Shown here piece after piece: positions 48,308-57,061 of a stretch of DNA of 64,000 nt. Source of the stretch: an uncultured Eubacteriales bacterium (GTDB lineage: Bacteria > Bacillota_I > Bacilli_A > RF39 > UBA660); NCBI GenBank assembly GCA_963536495.1, contig CAUTAF010000003.1, positions 6,582 through 70,581 on the forward strand, read 5' to 3'. A model generated the notes under the pieces. That model did no database searches. It worked only from the letters and a program-made list of their open reading frames with translations, and was not told the origin of the DNA. A program made the translations under genes and the position numbers. Each line of letters begins with the position of its first letter. The first letter of the stretch is position 1.

Positions 48308-48877
48308 TTTTTCACCTTTTATATAGTGATAATGACATACTGCTATATATTTATCATTTCCACCAATATCTACTTGTTTACCTTCTTTTACTTTTTTACC
48401 ATTTTCATCTACTCTCATATTCATAATAGCTTTTTTATTACAGAATTTACAAACAGTTTCTATTTCATGTATTTCTTCTGCTAAACTCATAGCTGCTATT
48501 GTACCTTCAAATAAATTATTTAAAAAGTCAACTTTTAAACCATAAGCAATAATCGGTATATTATGTTCTATTACAAAAAATTCTTTTAGTTTTTCTAACC
48601 ATTCTTTTTTAAAAAACTGAACTTCATCAATTAATACACATACTGGATTATCTTTTAAATCACAAACTTTTTTAATATCTTCCATACTTGATATTGCTAT
48701 TGCTTCTTTTGAATCTCCAGTTCTAGAAGTAACTTTACCTACTCCATAACGGTCATCTACTTTAGATGTTAAAACCAAAACTTTATCACCTCTAGAATTA
48801 TAATTATATAAAGTTCTAAGTAACTCTTGAGATTTACCCGCTCCCATAGCTCCATACTTAAATTTAAATTTAGCCAT
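48305..48877 (-). CDS. tdk: Thymidine kinase
   Basis: GAMGAGKSQELLR P-loop. C-terminal Zn-ribbon cysteines. 190 aa. Confidence 0.9.
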   Translation of the reverse strand: MAKFKFKYGAMGAGKSQELLRTLYNYNSRGDKVLVLTSKVDDRYGVGKVTSRTGDSKEAIAISSMEDIKKVCDLKDNPVCVLIDEVQFFKKEWLEKLKEFFVIEHNIPIIAYGLKVDFLNNLFEGTIAAMSLAEEIHEIETVCKFCNKKAIMNMRVDENGKKVKEGKQVDIGGNDKYIAVCHYHYIKGEK

Positions 48878-48965
48878 AACTCACCTCTATTTTTATTATA
48901 TATGTTTTTTTAGCTTTTTTAAACAAAGAAAAAACCCTTCACATAGAAGAGTTCAATTTCTTAAT

Positions 48966-49053
48966 TGGTGCCCAAGGCCGGACTTGAACCGGCACGAACG
49001 GTGAAGTTCCCAGGATTTTAAGTCCTGTGCGTCTACCAATTCCGCCACTCGGG
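48966..49053 (-). tRNA. tRNA-Leu (anticodon TAA), type II
   Basis: Revcomp gcccgagtggcggaattggtagacgcacaggactTAAaatcctg...ggttcaagtccggccttgggcacca. Confidence 0.9.
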
Positions 49054-49055
49054 CA

Positions 49056-49132
49056 ATGGTGCCTTGTTGGAGGCTCGAACTCCAGACCCCTTGATTAAAA
49101 GTCAAGTGCTCTACCGACTGAGCTAACAAAGC
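49056..49132 (-). tRNA. tRNA-Lys (anticodon TTT)
   Basis: Revcomp gctttgttagctcagtcggtagagcacttgactTTTaatcaaggggtctggagttcgagcctccaacaaggcacca. Confidence 0.9.
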
Positions 49133-49135
49133 AAC

Positions 49136-49211
49136 TGGCTGCCTCGATTAGATTCGAACTAATGTATGGAAGAGTCAAAGTCTTCTGCCTTTACCGCTTG
49201 GCTACGAGGCA
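49136..49211 (-). tRNA. tRNA-Gln (anticodon TTG)
   Basis: Revcomp tgcctcgtagccaagcggtaaaggcagaagactTTGactcttccatacattagttcgaatctaatcgaggcagcca. Confidence 0.85.
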
Positions 49212-49217
49212 AAAATA

Positions 49218-49301
49218 TGGTGGAGGGAGATGGATTCGAACCACCGAACCATAAGGAACTGATTTACAGTCAGCCGCGTTTAGCCACTTCGCTATCCCTC
49301 C
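49218..49301 (-). tRNA. tRNA-Tyr (anticodon GTA), long variable arm
   Basis: Revcomp ggagggatagcgaagtggctaaacgcggctgactGTAaatcagttccttatggttcggtggttcgaatccatctccctccacca. Confidence 0.9.
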
Positions 49302-49308
49302 ATAAAAA

Positions 49309-49384
49309 TGGTGCCGAAACCAGGACTTGAACCCGGAACCCACTGATTACAAATCAGTTGCTCTACCAATTGAGCCATTTCGGC
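49309..49384 (-). tRNA. tRNA-Thr (anticodon TGT)
   Basis: Revcomp gccgaaatggctcaattggtagagcaactgattTGTaatcagtgggttccgggttcaagtcctggtttcggcacca. Confidence 0.85.
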
Positions 49385-49393
49385 ACTAATAAA

Positions 49394-49470
49394 TGGTGGG
49401 CGATTACGGACTCGAACCGCAGACCCCCTGCTTGTAAGGCAGGTGCTCTAACCAACTGAGCTAATCGCCC
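49394..49470 (-). tRNA. tRNA-Val (anticodon TAC)
   Basis: Revcomp gggcgattagctcagttggttagagcacctgcctTACaagcagggggtctgcggttcgagtccgtaatcgcccacca. Confidence 0.9.
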
Positions 49471-49581
49471 ATTTATTAGTCAATCTACAAGTGATTAACA
49501 ATTAAGATTATAATATGATTCTTTTTTTTTTACAATAGTTTTTTAACAATTTCTAAAAATAATTAAAAGGATAGTTTAAAA

Positions 49582-50367
49582 CTACCCTTCTTTTTTAATT
49601 AATTTATCGATAACTCCACAATATTCATTACTTGTTCCATATGCAAAACAATCATAAACTTGTCTTTCTTCTTCTTTTACTTTTTCTATTTTTATAGCTT
49701 TTATAGCTATTGCATCTTCACCTTTTTGATTTTTTGCTTTAACAAATACTCCTTTAATATCATAATACCCTGAGTCTTCTACTCTCATAGTATTATCAGA
49801 TTTTACTGTAAATCCAACTAAAGTAGCATCTGCTGCACAACAAGTAATATAATATTTACCTATTGCAAAATAACCAATAGGTATATAACTTGCTTCTCTT
49901 ACGACAAATCCCCTAATATTAACTGTTTTACCATACCAATTTTTAGGATTATTATTTATTTCAAGAGAAGCTTCTACATAATTATAATCTTTTATAGTTA
50001 AATCTATATTATTAAGATCATAATTACCAATATTTTTATTATCATCTTCTACTTCATTAAAAGTCAAACTAGTACTTTTATTTTTAATTACTTTTGTATC
50101 TAAAGTAGCGTCCCCTATAAAGAATAATGCTAGTATAGGAATAAAAAGCACTAAATTAAAAATTTTAAATTTTATTTTTTCTTCTTTCTTTTCTTTATCT
50201 TCTGTTAGTAGTAAATAACTTGCTATAATTAAAAATATAAATACAGTTATTAAATTATAATTTATTATCTTTGGTGATAAAAATTTCTTAGTAAGATTTA
50301 AAAAATGTAATATGTAAAATAACATAGAATACATTATTAAAATAATTGAATAATTTGTCTTTTTCAT
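49582..50367 (-). CDS. TIGR03943/DUF1980-like membrane protein (partner subunit of the PF03773-type permease)
   Basis: Two N-terminal TM helices. C-terminal YYITCCAAD and YCGV cysteine motifs. 4-nt overlap with the upstream permease gene. Confidence 0.4.
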   Translation of the reverse strand: MKKTNYSIILIMYSMLFYILHFLNLTKKFLSPKIINYNLITVFIFLIIASYLLLTEDKEKKEEKIKFKIFNLVLFIPILALFFIGDATLDTKVIKNKSTSLTFNEVEDDNKNIGNYDLNNIDLTIKDYNYVEASLEINNNPKNWYGKTVNIRGFVVREASYIPIGYFAIGKYYITCCAADATLVGFTVKSDNTMRVEDSGYYDIKGVFVKAKNQKGEDAIAIKAIKIEKVKEEERQVYDCFAYGTSNEYCGVIDKLIKKEG

Positions 50368-51263
50368 ATTTTCACCACACTTACTACAACAAATATTGTT
50401 ATAAAAATTAAAAATATTAATGTAAATACAAATTTTTTCTTAAATCCTGACATTAAAACGATAGTATTTTTTATATCTATCATAGGTCCTAATAATAAAT
50501 ATGCAAGTATTGCTTTATCATTAAAACTTCCCATCATACTTTTTGCAACAAATGAATCAGATGTTGAACATAAAGACATTAAGTAAGCAAAAATCATAAG
50601 TGATATAGTTGAAATAAGCTGATTACTAAATAAACTTGCAGGTATTAAGTTTTGCATTAAACTTGCAATTAATGCCCCTACTATTAGATATTTTAAAACA
50701 TCAAACATATCTTCTATAGTATGTTTTAATATCATTTTTAAATCATTTTCTTCATGATCTATGTGACAAGAACAACAATGATTGTGATGTTCATGGTGAT
50801 GTTCATGATCATGATTTATTTCTTCTTCATCTTCTATCATAGGGTTTTTATCTTTATAAATAATCGCCATTATAATCGATACTATTAAAGATACAACTAT
50901 TCCAAGTATAAATCTTAAATAGAAGAAATTTAAATTTTTACTAAATGCCGTATATGTTGCAAATAGTACTACTGGATTAATTATTGGAGAAGATAACATA
51001 AACGATAAAATAACATTTAATGGTACCTTCTTCTTTAATAATCTTCTTGCTATTGGTATAACAGCACAATCACATGCTGGTATAAAAAAACCTAATAAAA
51101 CCCCCACAATCGCTGCTAAAAACTTATTTTTAGGTATAAGTTTAACAAATGTTTCCTCAGATACATATCTATCTATTACTGCAGATATAAGTGATCCAAG
51201 AAATAAAAAAGGTAAAGCTTCAAAAAAGATTGAAATAAAAATTATTATAATATTCTTAATCAT
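50364..51263 (-). CDS. Predicted permease (DUF318/ArsP-like, PF03773) with a His/Cys-rich loop
   Basis: Polytopic protein. Internal CDCAVIP and the loop INHDHEHHHEHHNHCCSCHIDHE. Confidence 0.45.
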   Translation of the reverse strand: MIKNIIIIFISIFFEALPFLFLGSLISAVIDRYVSEETFVKLIPKNKFLAAIVGVLLGFFIPACDCAVIPIARRLLKKKVPLNVILSFMLSSPIINPVVLFATYTAFSKNLNFFYLRFILGIVVSLIVSIIMAIIYKDKNPMIEDEEEINHDHEHHHEHHNHCCSCHIDHEENDLKMILKHTIEDMFDVLKYLIVGALIASLMQNLIPASLFSNQLISTISLMIFAYLMSLCSTSDSFVAKSMMGSFNDKAILAYLLLGPMIDIKNTIVLMSGFKKKFVFTLIFLIFITIFVVVSVVKI

Positions 51264-53424
51264 TTTTTATTATTTTCTCCATTATCTTTTTTATTGGATT
51301 TTTTTCTTTTTCTTTTACTCTCAAATCTATTTTACCCTTTTTATCAAGACCTAGTACTTCTACATCTACTTTATCTCCTACACTAAATTTATCTTTAATG
51401 TTTTCAATTCTTTCTTTAGATAATTTAGAAATATGTACTAAACCTTCCATTCCTTCCCAAAATTCTACTATACATCCAAAGTCTTTTATTTCTTTAATTA
51501 CAGCAGGATATACTTTACCAAATTCTAGTTCTTTAACTATATTATCTATCATAGCTTTAGTCTTATCTATTATTTTCTTATCTTTATGATAAATTATAAC
51601 TTTTCCAAAGTCATCGATATCTATCTTAACTGCTTTAACATCGTTTACACTAATAACTCCACTAGCTTCTTGAATAATCTTAGTAATTGTTTCTCCACCT
51701 TTTCCGATAACTTCTTTTATTTTTTCAGGTTTAATATTAAAGGTTAACATCTTAGGTGCATATTCACTTAATTCTTTTCTTGGTTCACTAATAGCAGATT
51801 TCATAACTTTTAATATCTTGATTCTTGCTTTTTTAGCTTCGTTTAATGCCTCAGTTAAAATTTCTTTTGTAATTCCTTTAATCTTAATATCCATTTGTAA
51901 AGCACATATACCGTTTTTTGTACCCGCTACTTTAAAGTCCATATCTCCTAAGTGATCTTCCATACCTTGAATATCAGTTAAAACAGTATAATCATCTCCA
52001 CTAGTAATAAGTCCCATAGCGATACCTGCTACCATATCTTTAATAGGTACTCCAGCTGCCATTAATGACATACAACCAGCACAAATTGATGCTTGTGAAC
52101 TACTTCCATTAGATTCTAATATTTCACTAACAACTCTTATAGTATAAGGAAATTCTTCTTCACTAGGTATTACTTGAAGAAGTGCTTTTTCTCCAAGTGC
52201 ACCATGACCTATTTCTCTTCTTCCAGGTGCTCCATATCTTCCAGTTTCACCTACTGAAAATTGAGGAAAGTTATAATGAAGAATAAATCTCTTACCTTCT
52301 TCTTCGCTAAGTCCATCTAATATTTGATATTCATTTAATGCTCCAAGTGTCGTAATAGATAAACTTTGAGTTTCTCCTCTTGTAAAAAGTGCTGAACCAT
52401 GAGTTCTAGGTAAGAAATCTACACTAGCAGATAAATCTCTTATCTCATCCATCTTTCTTCCATCAGGTCTTTTCTTTTCTTTTACAACAATATTTCTAAA
52501 TAATTCGTATTCTAAATTATTAAAAGTATTTTTATATTTTACTATAAGTTCATTTAATTCTTCTTCTGGAACATTCTTATTAGTTTCTTTTACATATTCA
52601 ACTAATTTTTCTTCTATAGAAGATATAGCATCATATTTTTCTTGTTTTTCTTTAATTCTTAATGCTTTATCTAACTCATCTTTTACTTCATCTACTTTTT
52701 TAACTATATCTTCAGTAATGATAAGTTTTTCATATTCCATCTTCTCTACTGCTAGTTCTTTAATTATTTTTTCTTCAAATTTAATTAATTCTTTTATAGC
52801 TTCATGACCAAACATAAGTGCTTCGATCATTTCATCTTCTTGTAATTCTTTAGCACTAGATTCAACCATATTTATAGCTTCTTTAGTACCAGCTACTGTT
52901 AAATATAATACTGATTTATTTTGTTCTTCAATAGTTGGATTAATTATTAATTTATTATCTACTTTTCCTACTACTACAGATGCAATTGGTCCATTAAATG
53001 GTATCTTAGATAAACTAACTGCAAGAGAAGATCCAAATGTTGCTGCAAGACGAGGATCACAATCTTGTTCAACTGATAATACTGTATTTACAATTTGGAC
53101 ACTATTTCTAAAATCTTCTGGAAAAAGTGGTCTCATAGGTCTATCTATCATTCTTGCTGCAAGTGTTGCTTCATCAGTTGGTCTTCCTTCTCTTTTAATA
53201 AATCCACCTGGTATTTTACCTACTGAATAAAGTTTTTCTTGATAAAGTACTTGTAGTGGAAAAAAATCAGATAATAAATCCACTTTTTTAGCTACTACAG
53301 CACAACTTAAAACAACAGTATCACCATATCTAATTAATACTGAACTATCAGCTTGTTTTGCTACTTCTCCTATTTCTACTTTTAAAGTTTTACCATAAAA
53401 CTTTGTTTCATAAACTTTTTTCAT
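51256..53424 (-). CDS. pnp: Polynucleotide phosphorylase. The start was corrected to MKKVYETKF.
   Basis: Two RNase PH domains plus KH (GKGGETITKI) and S1 (FGKVYPAVIKEIKDFGCIVEF) domains. RBS AAAAGGAGAG before the ATG at 53424. Confidence 0.9.
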   Translation of the reverse strand: MKKVYETKFYGKTLKVEIGEVAKQADSSVLIRYGDTVVLSCAVVAKKVDLLSDFFPLQVLYQEKLYSVGKIPGGFIKREGRPTDEATLAARMIDRPMRPLFPEDFRNSVQIVNTVLSVEQDCDPRLAATFGSSLAVSLSKIPFNGPIASVVVGKVDNKLIINPTIEEQNKSVLYLTVAGTKEAINMVESSAKELQEDEMIEALMFGHEAIKELIKFEEKIIKELAVEKMEYEKLIITEDIVKKVDEVKDELDKALRIKEKQEKYDAISSIEEKLVEYVKETNKNVPEEELNELIVKYKNTFNNLEYELFRNIVVKEKKRPDGRKMDEIRDLSASVDFLPRTHGSALFTRGETQSLSITTLGALNEYQILDGLSEEEGKRFILHYNFPQFSVGETGRYGAPGRREIGHGALGEKALLQVIPSEEEFPYTIRVVSEILESNGSSSQASICAGCMSLMAAGVPIKDMVAGIAMGLITSGDDYTVLTDIQGMEDHLGDMDFKVAGTKNGICALQMDIKIKGITKEILTEALNEAKKARIKILKVMKSAISEPRKELSEYAPKMLTFNIKPEKIKEVIGKGGETITKIIQEASGVISVNDVKAVKIDIDDFGKVIIYHKDKKIIDKTKAMIDNIVKELEFGKVYPAVIKEIKDFGCIVEFWEGMEGLVHISKLSKERIENIKDKFSVGDKVDVEVLGLDKKGKIDLRVKEKEKNPIKKIMEKIIKND

Positions 53425-53466
53425 TTTCTCTCCTTTTAATAAAAAAGACACTCAAAAAGTAAGTGT

Positions 53467-53736
53467 CTATTTTCTTAATCCTAAATCTTTTATAACTTTT
53501 CTATATCTATTAACATCTTTAGAAGCTAAATATTTAAGTAAGCTTTTTCTTTGTCCTACTTTCTTTAATAAACCTCTTTGTGAATGATAATCATGAATAT
53601 TATTTTTCATGTGTTCAGTTAAACGGTTAATTTCTTCAGTTAATATTGCTATTTGGACTTCAGCTGAACCTGTATCTTTCTTAGATGTTTGAAATTTTTC
53701 CACTATTTCTTTCTTTTCTTCTTTTAATAAAGCCAT
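53467..53736 (-). CDS. rpsO: 30S ribosomal protein uS15
   Basis: [42 protein letters not shown]... The rpsO-pnp order is conserved. Confidence 0.95.
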   Translation of the reverse strand: MALLKEEKKEIVEKFQTSKKDTGSAEVQIAILTEEINRLTEHMKNNIHDYHSQRGLLKKVGQRKSLLKYLASKDVNRYRKVIKDLGLRK

Positions 53737-53848
53737 TTTTCTTTCCTACCTTTCTTTTCACTTTTAACCAAGTTTTAGTCGGAAAAACTCTAAAACCTCG
53801 TTAAAGAACATTATTAATATATAACATTTTTAAATTTTTTTCAAGATA

Positions 53849-54106
53849 TTAAATCATTCTATCAAATATAGATAAATCTTCTTCTATTTTTTCTATATAG
53901 TCCTCACCTAGTTTTAATATTAAATCATTTATTTTTTTCTTAAAATCTTCATCTAAAAACATAATTATATATCTTGTAAATATTTCATCTAATGATATAA
54001 CATTTAAACTTTTTAAATAATTATAATTATCTACTACAGTTTCTTTATTATCTATTAAATCTTTTTTTATAGAACTTCCATAAGTATCAACTATATCATC
54101 TATCAT
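53849..54106 (-). CDS. Hypothetical small acidic protein (85 aa)
   Basis: ORF only. Confidence 0.35.
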   Translation of the reverse strand: MIDDIVDTYGSSIKKDLIDNKETVVDNYNYLKSLNVISLDEIFTRYIIMFLDEDFKKKINDLILKLGEDYIEKIEEDLSIFDRMI

Positions 54107-55731
54107 TATTTTTTATAAACTTCCATAATCTTTGGAATTATTTGTTTCTTTCTAGATACTACATCTTTTAATGAATATCCTTGTTCTAATTCTTCTATCT
54201 TAAATGCTTTTTCAAGTACTTCTTTAAAACTATCTGTATAGTATAGATAAGATGTACTAGTTAATATATCTGTTACAAAAAGAGTTGTTGCATAAAAATC
54301 TCCTGCTTTTTTAACACTTTCTAAAGCATCTTTTAAGAACGGTTGTTTTTCTTTAATTGCATCCATTCCTGTAACAAACACTTGACCTACTCCAATTAAA
54401 TGATCATCCATTGTAAATCTCTTGAAGTCTTGTGTAACTATATCTTCTGGATCTTTATCACTTAAATCACTTCCTTCTTTAAACATTTCTAAAGCATATT
54501 CTTCATAATTAATATCCAAAGCTTTTGCTAATTCATGAACTACTTTTTCATCTATTTTTGTAGTTGTAGGACTCTTTAAACAAAGTGTATCAGATAATAT
54601 AGCAGATAACATAATACCTTTAATATCATCTGGTATATTTATATGTTGTTCTTTATACATTGAATATAATATTGTACATGTAGAACCAAGAGTCATACAT
54701 CTTAAATTAATTGGTTTATCAGTAGATAAATTACCCATCTTATGATGATCTATTATTTCAATAATATCAGCTTCATCAAGTCCTTCTACACTTTGATTTT
54801 TTTCATTATGATCAACTAATAATACTTTTACTTTATTAATATCAAAAGTTTCATTATATCTTAATAAACCTAAACATTTATCATCTTTATCTACTACCGG
54901 TAAGTTAGTATAATTATATTTTTTTTCTAATTCTTCTATTCTTTCACTAAAATCATTTTCATATAAACATACTACATCATTTCCCTTATATGCTTTTAAT
55001 GAATTAGATAATTTTAAAAGTTCTATTACTTCAAATATAGATAAATCTGTCTTAATAACATTGATTTCATTTTGAATAGCTAAGTTTAAATGTTCTTCTT
55101 TCATATAATTACCATTTGTAAGAATTATCATTTTAACTTTACTGTTAACAGCTTGTTCTATAATACTATGTCTATCTCCAGTTACTACTATATCATCTTG
55201 TGTTAAGACTTCTTTTTCTTTAAATGTAGTAGATCTATAACTAGTAAGAAAAATATTACCAACTATTAAATTATCTACTTTGTTTACAATTTTTCCATTA
55301 ATTGCTTTTAAAATATTCTCCATTGTCGTATCAAGTGATGTTGATAAATTAACAAGTAATTTAGCAATATCTTTTAATGTTATAACTGATTTTACTTTCA
55401 ATTCATAATCTACTACTGGAACACCACTAGTTGAATGTTCTGTTATAAAATCATAAGCATCTTTTATAGAATTATCTTCGTGTATATAAAAATCTTTTCT
55501 ATATCCTATATTTTTAACTTTTAACTTAACATCATTTAAAAATTCTGGTGTATCTATATTAAATCTATTTAATATAAAACTTGTTTCTTTTGAAATTTTA
55601 CCAAGTATTCTAGGTACAAATTCATATTCTTTATATTTTTGATTCATTAAATATGCAGCTGATATAGAAGCAGCTACTGAATCAGTATCTGGTTTTTGAT
55701 GTCCAAATACATAAACTTTTTCTTTTTCCAT
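54106..55731 (-). CDS. Family II (DHH-DHHA2) inorganic pyrophosphatase with a CBS-domain insert (CBS-PPase)
   Basis: N-terminal GHQKPDTDSVAASISAAY (DHH motifs). A central CBS-pair-like region. C-terminal DHHA2 with GSTCTI and SAILSDT. 541 aa. Confidence 0.7.
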   Translation of the reverse strand: MEKEKVYVFGHQKPDTDSVAASISAAYLMNQKYKEYEFVPRILGKISKETSFILNRFNIDTPEFLNDVKLKVKNIGYRKDFYIHEDNSIKDAYDFITEHSTSGVPVVDYELKVKSVITLKDIAKLLVNLSTSLDTTMENILKAINGKIVNKVDNLIVGNIFLTSYRSTTFKEKEVLTQDDIVVTGDRHSIIEQAVNSKVKMIILTNGNYMKEEHLNLAIQNEINVIKTDLSIFEVIELLKLSNSLKAYKGNDVVCLYENDFSERIEELEKKYNYTNLPVVDKDDKCLGLLRYNETFDINKVKVLLVDHNEKNQSVEGLDEADIIEIIDHHKMGNLSTDKPINLRCMTLGSTCTILYSMYKEQHINIPDDIKGIMLSAILSDTLCLKSPTTTKIDEKVVHELAKALDINYEEYALEMFKEGSDLSDKDPEDIVTQDFKRFTMDDHLIGVGQVFVTGMDAIKEKQPFLKDALESVKKAGDFYATTLFVTDILTSTSYLYYTDSFKEVLEKAFKIEELEQGYSLKDVVSRKKQIIPKIMEVYKK

Positions 55732-55732
55732 A

Positions 55733-56302
55733 TTAAAACTCCCACTTTCCTATATTATGTTTTTTTACTTTATAAGCTTGTTTAGCTAATCTTGCTAAAG
55801 GTAAATCATTATTAGAATCAGAATAAAATTCTATAATTTCATAATTTTTTAATACCTTATTTAATCTATTAACTTTTTCTTCTTTATTGCAATTAGCGCC
55901 TTCTATTATAGCACTTTTTTTATTCATTGGTGTTGCAATTAACTCACATTTTAACTCTTTTGCGATATTTTTAAGTAAAAACTCAGGTGATGCTGAAATA
56001 ATATAATTATTTTTATTATTTTTTAGGATTTCTAAAAACTCTTTCTTTATATTTTTTCTATGTTTTTTCCAAAAACTATCAACAAAACTATCTATATCAT
56101 CTATATCTTGCAAAAATAAGAAAACTACCTCTTTAAATTCTTTAGTAGTTTTTAATTTTAATAGATATAATATAGCATTAAAAATAATTTTTAATATTTT
56201 TAAAATACTTATTTTAAAGTTTTTTAATGCATATAAGAAAAAATGAAATGAACTATCTCCATCGTATATAGTATCATCAAAATCATATACATTTATCTTC
56301 AT
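55733..56302 (-). CDS. HAD-superfamily hydrolase
   Basis: INVYDFDDTIYDGDSS (DxD motif I). 189 aa. Confidence 0.55.
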   Translation of the reverse strand: MKINVYDFDDTIYDGDSSFHFFLYALKNFKISILKILKIIFNAILYLLKLKTTKEFKEVVFLFLQDIDDIDSFVDSFWKKHRKNIKKEFLEILKNNKNNYIISASPEFLLKNIAKELKCELIATPMNKKSAIIEGANCNKEEKVNRLNKVLKNYEIIEFYSDSNNDLPLARLAKQAYKVKKHNIGKWEF

Positions 56303-56982
56303 TATTTTCCAAATCTCCTATCTCTTTTATCGTATTCATTTAATACTTTATCAAACTCTTTAGGTGTAAAAGCAGGAAAATAAGTATCTACAAACTTCAT
56401 TTCCGAATAAGCTAAACTATATAACATAAAATTAGATATTCTTACTTCTCCACTAGTTCTAATCATTAAATCTATTGGTGGAAGATCTTTATATAAATAT
56501 TTATAAAAACTTTTCTCATCTATTTCATCAAGTGATATTTTTCCTTCTTTATATAATGTTGCAATTTTCTTAGTAGCATCAACTATTTCTCTTTGACCAC
56601 CATATGCTATACATAAATTAAGTGTATATTCTCCGTTACTATTTTTTTCTATTTCACTAAACTTTTCTCTTAAATCATCACTTAAATATTCTAAATGTCC
56701 CGAAAAAACAACCTTAATGTTTTTTTCACTTATCTTTTTTAATAATTTAACTGCTTCATTATAAAAAAGTTTCATTAAATAATTCACTTCTTCTTCACTT
56801 CTTTTAAAATTTTCTGTAGAAAAAGCAAAAAGACTTAAATATTTAATATCTTTTTTATAAAAAATATGTTTAACTAATTTTTTTAAATTTTTAGCACCTG
56901 CTAAATGTCCAAGAGATGCTATAAGTCCTTTTTCTTTAGCCCATCTTCTATTACCGTCCATAATTATTGCAACATGTTTCAT
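56302..56982 (-). CDS. uppS: Undecaprenyl diphosphate synthase
   Basis: HVAIIMDGNRRWAK. 226 aa. Confidence 0.9.
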   Translation of the reverse strand: MKHVAIIMDGNRRWAKEKGLIASLGHLAGAKNLKKLVKHIFYKKDIKYLSLFAFSTENFKRSEEEVNYLMKLFYNEAVKLLKKISEKNIKVVFSGHLEYLSDDLREKFSEIEKNSNGEYTLNLCIAYGGQREIVDATKKIATLYKEGKISLDEIDEKSFYKYLYKDLPPIDLMIRTSGEVRISNFMLYSLAYSEMKFVDTYFPAFTPKEFDKVLNEYDKRDRRFGK

Positions 56983-57061
56983 TTACTATTCCTCTTTATT
57001 AATTAATATAAATATTAACATAATTATCAAATTTATTCTATAATATTAATAAGGAGAAAAT

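Noticed and set aside
51398-51589. 63-aa plus-strand ORF inside pnp
   Set aside because: It is an antisense shadow ORF.
53425-53451. N-terminal 9 codons of the track's pnp ORF (MSFLLKGEK)
   Set aside because: There is no RBS. The downstream ATG at 53424 has AAAAGGAGAG and matches the PNPase N-terminus MKKVYET.
53737-53848. The rpsO-upstream hairpin as a terminator for the upstream 85-aa gene
   Set aside because: There is no U-tract on the transcribed strand after the stem. It is more likely a leader structure.
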